A stretch of DNA of 64,000 bases from a virus. Location of the stretch: the IMG/VR virus record IMGVR_UViG_3300032164_000001, one strand, 5' to 3'. A program made the translations under genes and the position numbers. Below, in pieces: positions 46,881-55,632 of this stretch (positions within the stretch are counted from its first letter, which is position 1; every line of letters starts with the position of its first letter). Under the pieces are notes generated by a model. That model was not told the DNA's origin, made no database searches, and saw only the letters and a program-made list of their open reading frames with translations.

Positions 46881-48761
46881 ATGCAATCCATCGAGGCGCT
46901 CGGTCCAGCCGAGCGCATCATCGAAGCAATCACCAAGTACACTGATCACTGTCAGCATAATCGTCCAGGAACCATCGTTCCTGACGCAAGACAGCTTGTT
47001 GGCGTGCGCTGGGAGCAGGCCATCTGGTGCAAGGAGGGAGAGGAGAAGGTCGTCTACCGTGTGACGAAGACCGGGAAGAAGCAGACAAAGGCACGCATCG
47101 GTGTACTGGAAGCTGACGGGATGGTGAAGGATGCTGGAGTGGAGGTTGCCCGATGGCGAGAGCCAGGGCTGTTCCCTGAGGTTGTGGTGCACCTGTACCG
47201 GCAAGTGGCAGAGGTCTGGAAGCTCGACAACGAGTTCGCTGCCAGGTGGGCCTCGTGGGCCTTCGAGCACGAAGAGAACAGGGACCTGAAGATCCTGCTG
47301 GCCGCGTTCCTGCTGGTGCAGAATCGCTTCGGGGAGAAAGTTCCAGACTCGACACTGGCTGACGAGGACTACCGAACTGTTGGTGAGGCCATGTGCCTGC
47401 TCCGTCGGAAGACGGGCACCTTCAATCCGAAGATGCTCCTGCGTATCGGCGAGGTGCTGGAGCTGCCAGGTGTGATTGCAGTCAACCGTGAGCTCGGATT
47501 TGGACAGACAGGACGAAGGGCGGTGACCGGCCGGTACCGTGGCACGGTGGAGAAGTGGCTCCGATACTACGAGAGCAACCCGGCCGTGCTCGAGATGTTG
47601 GTCAAGGCGGGCTTCCGTCGGTCCATCATGCAACTGTGTCGTGTCGTTGGCTACAAGCCAGAGACCGATGCATTCTTTGCCAAGCTGCGCTGGAAGCAGA
47701 TTCAGGCGAAGGATGGCCGGCGAGGCATGGCGATCGGAAGTACGCTGACGGCGGCGGAGTCGTGGAAGGAACTTGATGAAGCGGAGATCTGCAAGCGCAT
47801 CGTTTCTTCCGGTCTTGGCTGGAAGCGCATCGTGGGCATGCTGCCCTTCGGCGTTACTCCAGCCATCATGGCCGCCGCAATCGAGGGGGAGACCCTGAGC
47901 GACGCGGACCTCGTCATTCTCACACCAACACTGGAGGAGCTCGGCCTGCTCTCCGTACCGGAGATAACGGCACGCTGGAAGAGCGCAACGGAGCGAGCGG
48001 AGAACCAACGGGCGGCCCACATTGCACGTAACGTAAAGTCGGAGGCGGTGAAGGAACAGCTGCAGGTTGCAGTCGAGAAGGCTGTACAGAAGGCCGTCGA
48101 AGAGGTGACTCGTGACCTGCGAGTGTATGTTATTGTTGATAAATCCGGTTCGATGCGAGGAGCGATCGAGCTGGCGAAGGAGTACCTGGCGAAGATGGTG
48201 GTGGCTTTCCCCCTGGACCGGCTGCACGTCTGTGTCTTCAACACCGTCGGGGTGGAAGTACAGATTCGTGTTCCAACAGCGGCTGGAGTATCTCAGGCAT
48301 TCCGTGGGCACACGGCCGGCGGAGGTACGAGTTACGCTGCAGGGGCGTGGTGCCTCTTGCGGGACCACAAGCCAAGGGAAGGCGAGGATGCACTGTTGAT
48401 CTTCGTCGGAGACCAGGAGGACAACGGGGTCGAGCAGCTCGTGCAAGTGGTGAAGGGGTCAGGTGTAGCACCAGTGGCCTTCGGCATGCTACACGTGGCA
48501 AGTGCACCGGGAATGCAGCATGGAGGCTGGTACGGCTCGCCGGATGTTGTGGAACGTGCGGCGCAGGCCCTTGCCATCCCCTGTTTCAAGATAGCGGAGG
48601 AGATCTTCTCCGACGCGTACGCAGTGCCACGGACACTACGCAACCTGATTGCATCCACTCCGGTCACGCATCCGACAATGCGCAAGACGGCGCCAAAGCG
48701 CAAGTCGCTCATCGAACAAATCTTGTCGACGCCACTTCTACAGCGTCCAGTATGGGCGTAG
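46881..48761 (+). CDS. vWA-domain protein with helical N-terminal region, Ro60/TROVE-like
   Basis: MIDAS motifs IVDKSGSM, GGGTS, FVGDQED (clear). DNEFAARWASWAF..RD..LLAAFLL resembles the TROVE N-terminus, and size and architecture match Ro60 (inference). Confidence 0.7.
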   Translation: MQSIEALGPAERIIEAITKYTDHCQHNRPGTIVPDARQLVGVRWEQAIWCKEGEEKVVYRVTKTGKKQTKARIGVLEADGMVKDAGVEVARWREPGLFPEVVVHLYRQVAEVWKLDNEFAARWASWAFEHEENRDLKILLAAFLLVQNRFGEKVPDSTLADEDYRTVGEAMCLLRRKTGTFNPKMLLRIGEVLELPGVIAVNRELGFGQTGRRAVTGRYRGTVEKWLRYYESNPAVLEMLVKAGFRRSIMQLCRVVGYKPETDAFFAKLRWKQIQAKDGRRGMAIGSTLTAAESWKELDEAEICKRIVSSGLGWKRIVGMLPFGVTPAIMAAAIEGETLSDADLVILTPTLEELGLLSVPEITARWKSATERAENQRAAHIARNVKSEAVKEQLQVAVEKAVQKAVEEVTRDLRVYVIVDKSGSMRGAIELAKEYLAKMVVAFPLDRLHVCVFNTVGVEVQIRVPTAAGVSQAFRGHTAGGGTSYAAGAWCLLRDHKPREGEDALLIFVGDQEDNGVEQLVQVVKGSGVAPVAFGMLHVASAPGMQHGGWYGSPDVVERAAQALAIPCFKIAEEIFSDAYAVPRTLRNLIASTPVTHPTMRKTAPKRKSLIEQILSTPLLQRPVWA

Positions 48762-48764
48762 CAA

Positions 48765-49334
48765 ATGATTTACAGTCTTATCTTCACACATTGGAGCTAT
48801 CTCAAATATGTGCTATGGCACAAATACTACGTAGGAGTTGAGTGCTTCAAAGAAGGACTGTGGTGGCGGGGGTTGAAGCATGACTGGCACAAGTTTCTCC
48901 CTTCAGAGTTTCTGCCCTACTCGAACTTCTTCTACGGTCCCAATGGAAAGAACAACACAATCCGGGACAAGACTGGTTATTACAAACCTACCGATACAGG
49001 CAACAAAGCGTTTGATCGTGCTTGGTTCTGCCATCAGAAAAGAGCGGACCACCATTGGCAGTGGTGGGTCATGCCCGAAGATACCCAAGGTGTTAAGATT
49101 CTTCCCATGAGCGCACCAGCCATTGTGGAAATGATGAGTGATTGGTGCGGGGCTAGCAGAGCCCAGGGTCACGGTGGTTGGACTAGCCCCTCAGGAGTTT
49201 TTGCTTGGTATGCTACCAATGGACACAAGATGCAACTGCATCCGCAGACACGAGCTGTGATAGAAATGGCGCTGCGCACAAAAGGAGCTGATAGTTCCAA
49301 CACCAGATGGGGGTCGGAGAAGAAGCAGGATTGA
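48765..49334 (+). CDS. DUF5662-like HD-type protein
   Basis: HK.YV..HDWHKF.PSEF..AW..H..HHWQWW..PM..EM..DW. Confidence 0.75.
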   Translation: MIYSLIFTHWSYLKYVLWHKYYVGVECFKEGLWWRGLKHDWHKFLPSEFLPYSNFFYGPNGKNNTIRDKTGYYKPTDTGNKAFDRAWFCHQKRADHHWQWWVMPEDTQGVKILPMSAPAIVEMMSDWCGASRAQGHGGWTSPSGVFAWYATNGHKMQLHPQTRAVIEMALRTKGADSSNTRWGSEKKQD

Positions 49335-49567
49335 ATTGACCAATATGCCTACTACAGAAGCCTATCGACAGGGTTGGGAGAGGATTTTTGGTCCTGATCC
49401 CTGCCCATGGTGTGGCAACTGTGATGACGCTGATGATGAACCCTTGAGCCAGCACAAGTTGATGACACCAGCAGAGGAACTAACTTGTTCTCACTGTGGT
49501 CGTTGCATGAAAGAGAGTTGCGAACAACTTGTACAACGTCCTGTTTGGACTTAAGAAAGGCTAAATC

Positions 49568-49978
49568 ATGACACGCCCATTCGTACAGAGCATGGACATG
49601 AAGATCGAGGCCAGCAAGAAAGAATTGTTGGTCATCTTGAAGAACAATCGGGAGACTCACAAGAAGATTCTCTCTGAGGCCAGAGAAGGCTACATCAAGG
49701 CCGCAAGGGCTGCAATCGAGCACAAGCTGGACGAGCTCAGAACTGGCGAGTGTGTGCGTCTCACCTTTCACTTGAGCCCGCCACAGGACTACACTGCAAC
49801 CTACGACACGGTCATCAAGATGGCTGAGCTGCACCAGGCCGACACCATCACGCTGAGCGCCAATGAGGTTAGATGCCTCATGATGGACGAGTGGGATTGG
49901 ATGGATCAATTCCTGGTGATGAACAAAGCGTACTCGGGTCTCGCCAATGCGTATGCAGACGCCAAGGGCATCGTATGA
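49568..49978 (+). CDS. Conserved phage hypothetical protein
   Basis: L..NR..H..EA..GY..P..Y..YD..I.M..DEWDW. Confidence 0.65.
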   Translation: MTRPFVQSMDMKIEASKKELLVILKNNRETHKKILSEAREGYIKAARAAIEHKLDELRTGECVRLTFHLSPPQDYTATYDTVIKMAELHQADTITLSANEVRCLMMDEWDWMDQFLVMNKAYSGLANAYADAKGIV

Positions 49979-50355
49979 GCACTATGCATCAGAGCGTGCA
50001 ACATGCCTATCGGGTGATAAGACTGTTGACAAATACAGCGGTGCGCGAAGGGCGCATCCATCCGAAAGATGCCGATAGTTTCTTCGCCAGCGAATTGAAG
50101 GATTGGCTTGTTGGCTCACATCTCCCTATTCCAGGATGGCTGGGCGGCATTGGCGGACCAGTGGCAGAGAAGATCAAGACAGAAGGTATACGGGTTGCGG
50201 CGGGAGTGATCGGAAAGAGAGGACTGTCTGGTGGACAGATTGCCTTCATCGTGATCGGCGCGGTGGTACTCGTGTCAGCCATAGCCATAGCCTGGCATTG
50301 GTGGAAAAATGACCATGCAGGCATCGTATCCGCAACAGAGAGAGCAAGAGTGTGA
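49975..50355 (+). CDS. Membrane protein, hypothetical
   Basis: C-terminal TM; ATGA overlap. Confidence 0.5.
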   Translation: MSTMHQSVQHAYRVIRLLTNTAVREGRIHPKDADSFFASELKDWLVGSHLPIPGWLGGIGGPVAEKIKTEGIRVAAGVIGKRGLSGGQIAFIVIGAVVLVSAIAIAWHWWKNDHAGIVSATERARV

Positions 50356-50669
50356 ACAGGAAGAAGAAAGTAATCAAGCGGCTCAAGGTGATACGACCGA
50401 AAGCAGCAAGACGGACAAAGGTCGATGAGACATCTGTCGACGAGACGCCCATGGAAAAGGGGCATTTCTTGCGCTGGTTGGAACAAGAGCAAGACGCCGG
50501 GCGCATTGGCAGGTGCGGCTGTCCCGAGAAGTTCAAGGGCATCGATTGCCCCGCATGTCATGGAACTGGCATTGCCAGAATCCATGAGGCCTGGCCGTTG
50601 ATCGTCGAGTACGTGACGACAATGACCCGGCCCGTGACAATCTCGGACGTCATGTTGCAAATCATGTGA
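50352..50669 (+). CDS. Hypothetical Cys-containing protein
   Basis: CGC..CPACHGTG. Confidence 0.5.
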   Translation: MNRKKKVIKRLKVIRPKAARRTKVDETSVDETPMEKGHFLRWLEQEQDAGRIGRCGCPEKFKGIDCPACHGTGIARIHEAWPLIVEYVTTMTRPVTISDVMLQIM

Positions 50670-50690
50670 GTAAAGGCAACGGGAGCTGCA

Positions 50691-52361
50691 ATGACGATTC
50701 ACGAAAAGGTGCTACGCTTCGAACTATTGGCCTCGAGTTCTACTGAACTGAATTGGCTCGACGCCGCCTTCGTTCGCGCCGCCCTGGAAGTCAGAGCAGG
50801 TGCCTGCGACGATGATGAAGATCTGACTCTGCGACTGATTGAGACTCCGGTGGCTCAGCCCGTCTTCAAAGCCGTCGCTCATCCAGGTGTGACGCTGCGG
50901 GGCCTGATGCGAGATACAACACCCCACGACTTTGCGGCAATGATCTCCAACACGGGTTACCGCCTGTCCAAGGGATACATCGAGAGCATTCTTGCTGGAA
51001 GTAGTGACATCACCCCCTTGGCCGCCGAATGCATCGCGGAGGTCTTTGGCCCCTCCAAGGAATACTGGCTGCAACAGCAGGCGGACTACAATGCCTGGCG
51101 GCTGCACCACGACGCAGAATCCGTAGAAGCCCGAAGGTTCGATGCAGACATGGATCAGAACAAAGAAATCTGTGCGAATGCCGAACCAGCCAGTCCGAAC
51201 CAGCAGTGTGACGCCAACCAGCCGATCTGGAGAGTAGTAGCAGAGGCCTTGTGGGGCATCCTTGACGACATCAGCACGGCCGGCGACATCGCAAAGGGGG
51301 ACGATGCGATGTACCGCGCGATGGTCGAGGACCTGCAGGCCAAGAAGAGTAACTACCTGGTCTCCTACGACGGGCAGACGCTCGTTCGCACTGGCGGTGA
51401 ACCGCCCCCGAATCCGCCCGTGGAAATGAGTACGCCAAGCAAGCCGAATGTCCTTCATCCGGGTGAGACACTGAAGATGATACTGAGGGAACGCAACCTC
51501 TCCATCGACGACTTGATCTCTTTCATCCGCAAGCTCTATCCGACCTGCGTCGACTTCGGTCCTGATCGCATCGCTCTCCTTCTCCAGGGCGAGGCAGACA
51601 TCTCCATCGACATTGCCTCGATGTTGCAAGGGGCTCTCGGTCCTACGCCATCGGCCTCATTGTGGCTGCAATGGCAAGCAGACTATAGCGCCCGTGCAGA
51701 GGCAGTGTATCTACAACAAGGAACGCCCGTGCAGAGGCGTCCAGTCGCGTCTTTGACGGAACAGCTGCAGGGTCGAGTCGCATGGCTCGAGCGTCAGATG
51801 GACACATGGGCAGAGCGCATCCGCAACCTCGAGAAGACGCTGGACGCCTGGCAAGAGACATCCTACACAGATCCCTGCAAGGAGTGCCAGGATTGCGGTT
51901 GCCTCTTTCTCCCCAGTGGAAACGAGAGAGATGCCACATTCAAGTGCCGACGCTGTACATCTCGGGTTGATCCTGCCGCACCGCCCAAGTGGGCGATCAT
52001 GTCGGAGCGAGACGAGGCGCCTGACAAGGCACCTGAGCCGAATGCCCCTTCGCCGTGGGCACAAATCCCCGATGCTCTGCTGGAGACACTGGCCGAGTAC
52101 GCGCACACGGCCTGGTCGGGCTGGATGCAATACATACTCCAGCAGTGCCTCGGCGGTGAGGTGGCCGTGATAGATATGCGCCAGCCCAGTCCTGGCATCC
52201 CATTGTCGGGTGTGGCGGTCATTCCCTCCGAATTGGTTGAACGATGGAGCAGGCAGATGCACACGACCTACGCCGATCTGCCGGAGGAGGAGAAGAAGAG
52301 CGACAGACTGGAGGCGCGGCGGATACTCGTCGGTCTTCGCACAGCGAAGGCGGTACCGTGA
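50691..52361 (+). CDS. Mosaic protein with two HigA-like HTH domains, a Zn ribbon and a C-terminal RyR-like domain
   Basis: HPG..L..IT...A...FG.S..YWL..Q..Y twice; CQDC..CRRC; AEYAH..W..W..Q..T.YADLPEEEK.SDR. Confidence 0.7.
   Translation: MTIHEKVLRFELLASSSTELNWLDAAFVRAALEVRAGACDDDEDLTLRLIETPVAQPVFKAVAHPGVTLRGLMRDTTPHDFAAMISNTGYRLSKGYIESILAGSSDITPLAAECIAEVFGPSKEYWLQQQADYNAWRLHHDAESVEARRFDADMDQNKEICANAEPASPNQQCDANQPIWRVVAEALWGILDDISTAGDIAKGDDAMYRAMVEDLQAKKSNYLVSYDGQTLVRTGGEPPPNPPVEMSTPSKPNVLHPGETLKMILRERNLSIDDLISFIRKLYPTCVDFGPDRIALLLQGEADISIDIASMLQGALGPTPSASLWLQWQADYSARAEAVYLQQGTPVQRRPVASLTEQLQGRVAWLERQMDTWAERIRNLEKTLDAWQETSYTDPCKECQDCGCLFLPSGNERDATFKCRRCTSRVDPAAPPKWAIMSERDEAPDKAPEPNAPSPWAQIPDALLETLAEYAHTAWSGWMQYILQQCLGGEVAVIDMRQPSPGIPLSGVAVIPSELVERWSRQMHTTYADLPEEEKKSDRLEARRILVGLRTAKAVP
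51690..51740 (+). repeat. Dispersed repeat B, one full and one partial copy inside CDS
   Basis: GCCCGTGCAGAGGCAGTGTATCTACAAC and GCCCGTGCAGAGGCGT. Confidence 0.85.
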
Positions 52362-53047
52362 GCAACAAGTGCGACGAAGACATCTACGAGAACGGCCGAA
52401 CGGTGCTGGTTATCGGCGATGAGTTCTCCGTGAACACGATCGAGGCCTTCGTGCAGAAAATCGCACGTCGGTCGGGTCAGAAGGTCGACTGGCACTTCAT
52501 CGCCGGCCGGGCCGCCCTCAGAGCCAAGGCCAACACGCAGGGCCTGCACAAGGTGGATGAGGCCATCTACGGCTGTCCCGACGAGGTGGCCGCCTGGTGG
52601 AAAGCAGAGCTCGAGAAGAGTGGACGCGTCGCATACAAGGACTGCATCATGCGTTGCACGGGTGGGCTCTTGCTAGAACTCATGACCACCAAGAAGCCCA
52701 GTGAGGCGACCGGCACGGTCGACTACTGCAGTCCGCTCTATGGTTACCATCCGGGTGGTGACAACCACTGGGCACGCGACGAACTGGGACTGGAAGCGTT
52801 CAACATGGCGAATAAGGTTGTCGTGGGCGCTTTGCGCCAGCACGTCCCAGTCGCCATCAGCTGGGTCTGCCCTGGATGCCAGACGCGAAACAAGTGCGAC
52901 TACTCCGATGAGCACTACTTCGCAGACCCAAAGATCAATGCAGTCTTCGCGATCAACTTATGCTGTCCAGAGTGCAGCAAGGAAGTGGAGATCTTCGTGA
53001 AGCTACACTTGACACTCAGCCTCCATGCGAGATTGGAGAATGGCTAG
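52358..53047 (+). CDS. Hypothetical protein with C-terminal Zn ribbon
   Basis: SGQKVDWHFIAGRA; CPGC..CPEC. Confidence 0.6.
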   Translation: MSNKCDEDIYENGRTVLVIGDEFSVNTIEAFVQKIARRSGQKVDWHFIAGRAALRAKANTQGLHKVDEAIYGCPDEVAAWWKAELEKSGRVAYKDCIMRCTGGLLLELMTTKKPSEATGTVDYCSPLYGYHPGGDNHWARDELGLEAFNMANKVVVGALRQHVPVAISWVCPGCQTRNKCDYSDEHYFADPKINAVFAINLCCPECSKEVEIFVKLHLTLSLHARLENG

Positions 53048-53995
53048 ATGGTCTGGGAGAACCTGCTTCAGCACGCGGCGTCAGGCTACTTCGCATTCCC
53101 CTGGCTCGGCGGGCGAAAGATACACGGCAATGGGCGCACCTGGCGTGTCGTCAACAAGTTGCCTCCGGAGTTCGGATGGTGTCTGTTCGAGCTCAAGGGG
53201 GGTCGAACGGCGAAGTACTGCGAACAGGCAGAGCCATTGGCGAACTGGGAAAACGAGCATCACACAACCCGTGGGTACATTGTCGGGGATAGGTTCATCC
53301 CGGAGAGGGCTCGAGTAGATCCCGATCCAGAGAGACTGGCAGAACAGACAATCGCAGTGTATCTGGTGGAGCGAGGACTGGATCGCTTCGCACCGTGCTT
53401 GGTGGCTTTCGAAGAGGAGAATAGAGCAATCTTCGTTCGTCAGCTATTCGACTCCGTAGTCGAGGAAAAGGCGCGTGAGGCCTTCATCGATCGAAGGGTT
53501 GACATTGCCTCCATCCGCGATGTTCCACCTGCTCTGGACTTGGCTTTTCGCTTCGCGAGTCGACAGAGGGAACTCGTGGAGCGACGTAGATTAGAGCTCG
53601 AGAAGCAACGACTGGAAGAAGAACGTCGAGAGGCTGCACTGAAGAGCATCGGCACGGGGCTCGGACGACGGCAGCTGGCGACGACAGATTTTGCTGCAGC
53701 GGCTCGAGCTGCTCTGGCCGTGTCCGGGGCAGAGTTTCTGGATGCGCGCGAGGCTCACGGGCGAAATGAGATGATCGTGCAGTACCGTTTCATGAATCGT
53801 CGCTTCGAGTGCGTTGTAGATCGACTGACACTGAGATTGACGGACAGCGGTGTATGCCTACAGGACCATCGTGGAGTGAAAGGGGACACCAGGTTCACAC
53901 TGGAGTCAATCCCAGGAGTGATCTCCGAGGCGATTCGAGAGAACAAACTGCACATCTACCGCCATGTCGACGACGAGGAAGAAGATTACTGGTAG
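53048..53995 (+). CDS. Putative E2-like (Ubl-conjugating) protein
   Basis: C-terminal DSGVCL resembles the E2 catalytic G.[IV]CL segment followed by a helix (TLESIPGVISEAI); adjacent to JAB/Ubl/E1. Confidence 0.45.
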   Translation: MVWENLLQHAASGYFAFPWLGGRKIHGNGRTWRVVNKLPPEFGWCLFELKGGRTAKYCEQAEPLANWENEHHTTRGYIVGDRFIPERARVDPDPERLAEQTIAVYLVERGLDRFAPCLVAFEEENRAIFVRQLFDSVVEEKAREAFIDRRVDIASIRDVPPALDLAFRFASRQRELVERRRLELEKQRLEEERREAALKSIGTGLGRRQLATTDFAAAARAALAVSGAEFLDAREAHGRNEMIVQYRFMNRRFECVVDRLTLRLTDSGVCLQDHRGVKGDTRFTLESIPGVISEAIRENKLHIYRHVDDEEEDYW

Positions 53996-54082
53996 AAATC
54001 AAGAGTGCGCACAACAACGAGATTGATTGCTGATGTCACGAGAACACAAAGTGTCGGGCTGTGACGATTGTCCAGCTCTTTG

Positions 54083-54110
54083 GCCCGTGCAGAGGCATCG
54101 TATTTGCAAC
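54083..54110 (+). repeat. Dispersed repeat B
   Basis: GCCCGTGCAGAGGCATCGTATTTGCAAC upstream of the JAB gene. Confidence 0.85.
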
Positions 54111-54124
54111 TGGAAGGCAAGAAG

Positions 54125-54526
54125 ATGGTAGAAGTGGCTCTGGTGTTCAACAGGCATGGGGTCGGTCTACAATGGCACAGGCCGAATGGGAAATGCTCGC
54201 ATGGTGGCATTGGAGATGATCGCGGTCTGTGGGAATTCTTGTGGGCAAACCGGAAAGAAGTTGGTGGTGTGGCGCACACACATCCATGGGATGGACCGGC
54301 TGGACCATCAGGAACGGATGTAACGACATTCTCGGCGATAGAGAGAGGCTTAGGGGTCAAACTGGTGTGGCCAATCGTGACATTGACGGAGATCGGCTAC
54401 TTCGAATGGGTTGGTCCGGACAAGCACGATTATGGCGATATGCGACTGCGCAGGTTCCGTTTGGATCCAGCGGACATCGCAGAACTGCGAGAGCTTTCAT
54501 TGAAAGGAGATAACGGAAATGGCTGA
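54125..54526 (+). CDS. JAB/MPN+ (JAMM) metallopeptidase
   Basis: N-terminal Glu (MVEVA) plus HTHP..PSGTD. Confidence 0.85.
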   Translation: MVEVALVFNRHGVGLQWHRPNGKCSHGGIGDDRGLWEFLWANRKEVGGVAHTHPWDGPAGPSGTDVTTFSAIERGLGVKLVWPIVTLTEIGYFEWVGPDKHDYGDMRLRRFRLDPADIAELRELSLKGDNGNG

Positions 54527-54827
54527 TATGGTTGTTTACGATGTGCCAATGGCCAGACTCAATATCACATGGTCCGGGCAGAACGGAGACAATCCGGACT
54601 TGGTCCCGTGGGATTCATCGGATGCAGACATCCGGCGCATCGCAACGGAGGCCGTGTGCACTGGGTACGTCGCTGGCATCCCGGCTGATCCGAATGTGGA
54701 CTTCACAGACTTCGTCGTCGACCGCTTCCCGGCGACGGACGAACTGCCGTATAGATGCTTCGTCAGATCGAAAACCCCCTTTGGAGGTTTTACGCGCTTG
54801 ACTAGAATCGTTGCGCTAGTGCGCTAG
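54519..54827 (+). CDS. Ubiquitin-like (beta-grasp) protein precursor with internal GG and 12-aa tail
   Basis: ARLNITW..SDADIRRIATEAV..CFVRSKTPFGG-FTRLTRIVALVR; overlaps the JAB gene. Confidence 0.6.
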   Translation: MADMVVYDVPMARLNITWSGQNGDNPDLVPWDSSDADIRRIATEAVCTGYVAGIPADPNVDFTDFVVDRFPATDELPYRCFVRSKTPFGGFTRLTRIVALVR

Positions 54828-54843
54828 AAAAGGAGTTTTTGCC

Positions 54844-55632
54844 ATGCAAGACGTACAAGACGTACTCACACAACTATTGAGAAACAACACACAGCTTTCG
54901 AATGCCAAGAAGGCACACCTGATTGAGACGATGGCCGTGTATCGGATCGTGCGAGAAGTAATCGGGGAATCCACAGCCAGTGCCGTGCTGACACTGACGG
55001 CAGCGATAGCAAATCTTCATGCCACATTACAGCTCGGACTGACTTCCCCGTCTCACCTGTCCCAGAACGGCGCCCCACCTTGGGCGCCTACACCAATGCC
55101 CACAGCGCAGTCGCCTGTACAGGCTCCTGCACCAATGCCCGTGGCACTTGCCGCCACGGTGCCAGAGAGCAAGAAGCCGAAGAAAAAAGTAGCCCCCCTC
55201 GGCAAAGGCTATACGCTGATGGTAACCAAGACTGAACTTCGCACATCCGGTCAAGAGAATAAGTACATGAATACAACCTTTGTGATAACGCGCGCTCCTG
55301 ATCAGATAGACGAACCGGGACAGACGCCGGAGAAGTTCGAAGAATTCAGACAATCCGTCGGGATGGCAATCGCTGAACAGCGACTCATGCTGGAGGGGAA
55401 CGGGACGCCCTTGACAGTGGAATTCTTGATCGCATGCGGCATTGACATACCCCCTGACCTCATCACATTGGACATAAGCAAGCCCATCTACAGGTTGGTG
55501 ACGGCAGAAGTCAAGTTCTATGACAAATTCAACAATGAAGAACACGAAAAACTTCGGAACTACCGACCTGTTGACTGCTCACAGGAGCGCTTGATCGAAC
55601 AAGTTCTCAGTTCTGGCCCGGGGTCAATCTGA
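54844..55632 (+). CDS. Hypothetical protein with Pro/Ala linker
   Basis: 262 aa, AGGAG SD, overlaps E1 start. Confidence 0.65.
   Translation: MQDVQDVLTQLLRNNTQLSNAKKAHLIETMAVYRIVREVIGESTASAVLTLTAAIANLHATLQLGLTSPSHLSQNGAPPWAPTPMPTAQSPVQAPAPMPVALAATVPESKKPKKKVAPLGKGYTLMVTKTELRTSGQENKYMNTTFVITRAPDQIDEPGQTPEKFEEFRQSVGMAIAEQRLMLEGNGTPLTVEFLIACGIDIPPDLITLDISKPIYRLVTAEVKFYDKFNNEEHEKLRNYRPVDCSQERLIEQVLSSGPGSI

Noticed and set aside
46836-48446. 536-aa minus-strand ORF
   Set aside because: Antisense shadow of the vWA/TROVE-like gene, with no motifs
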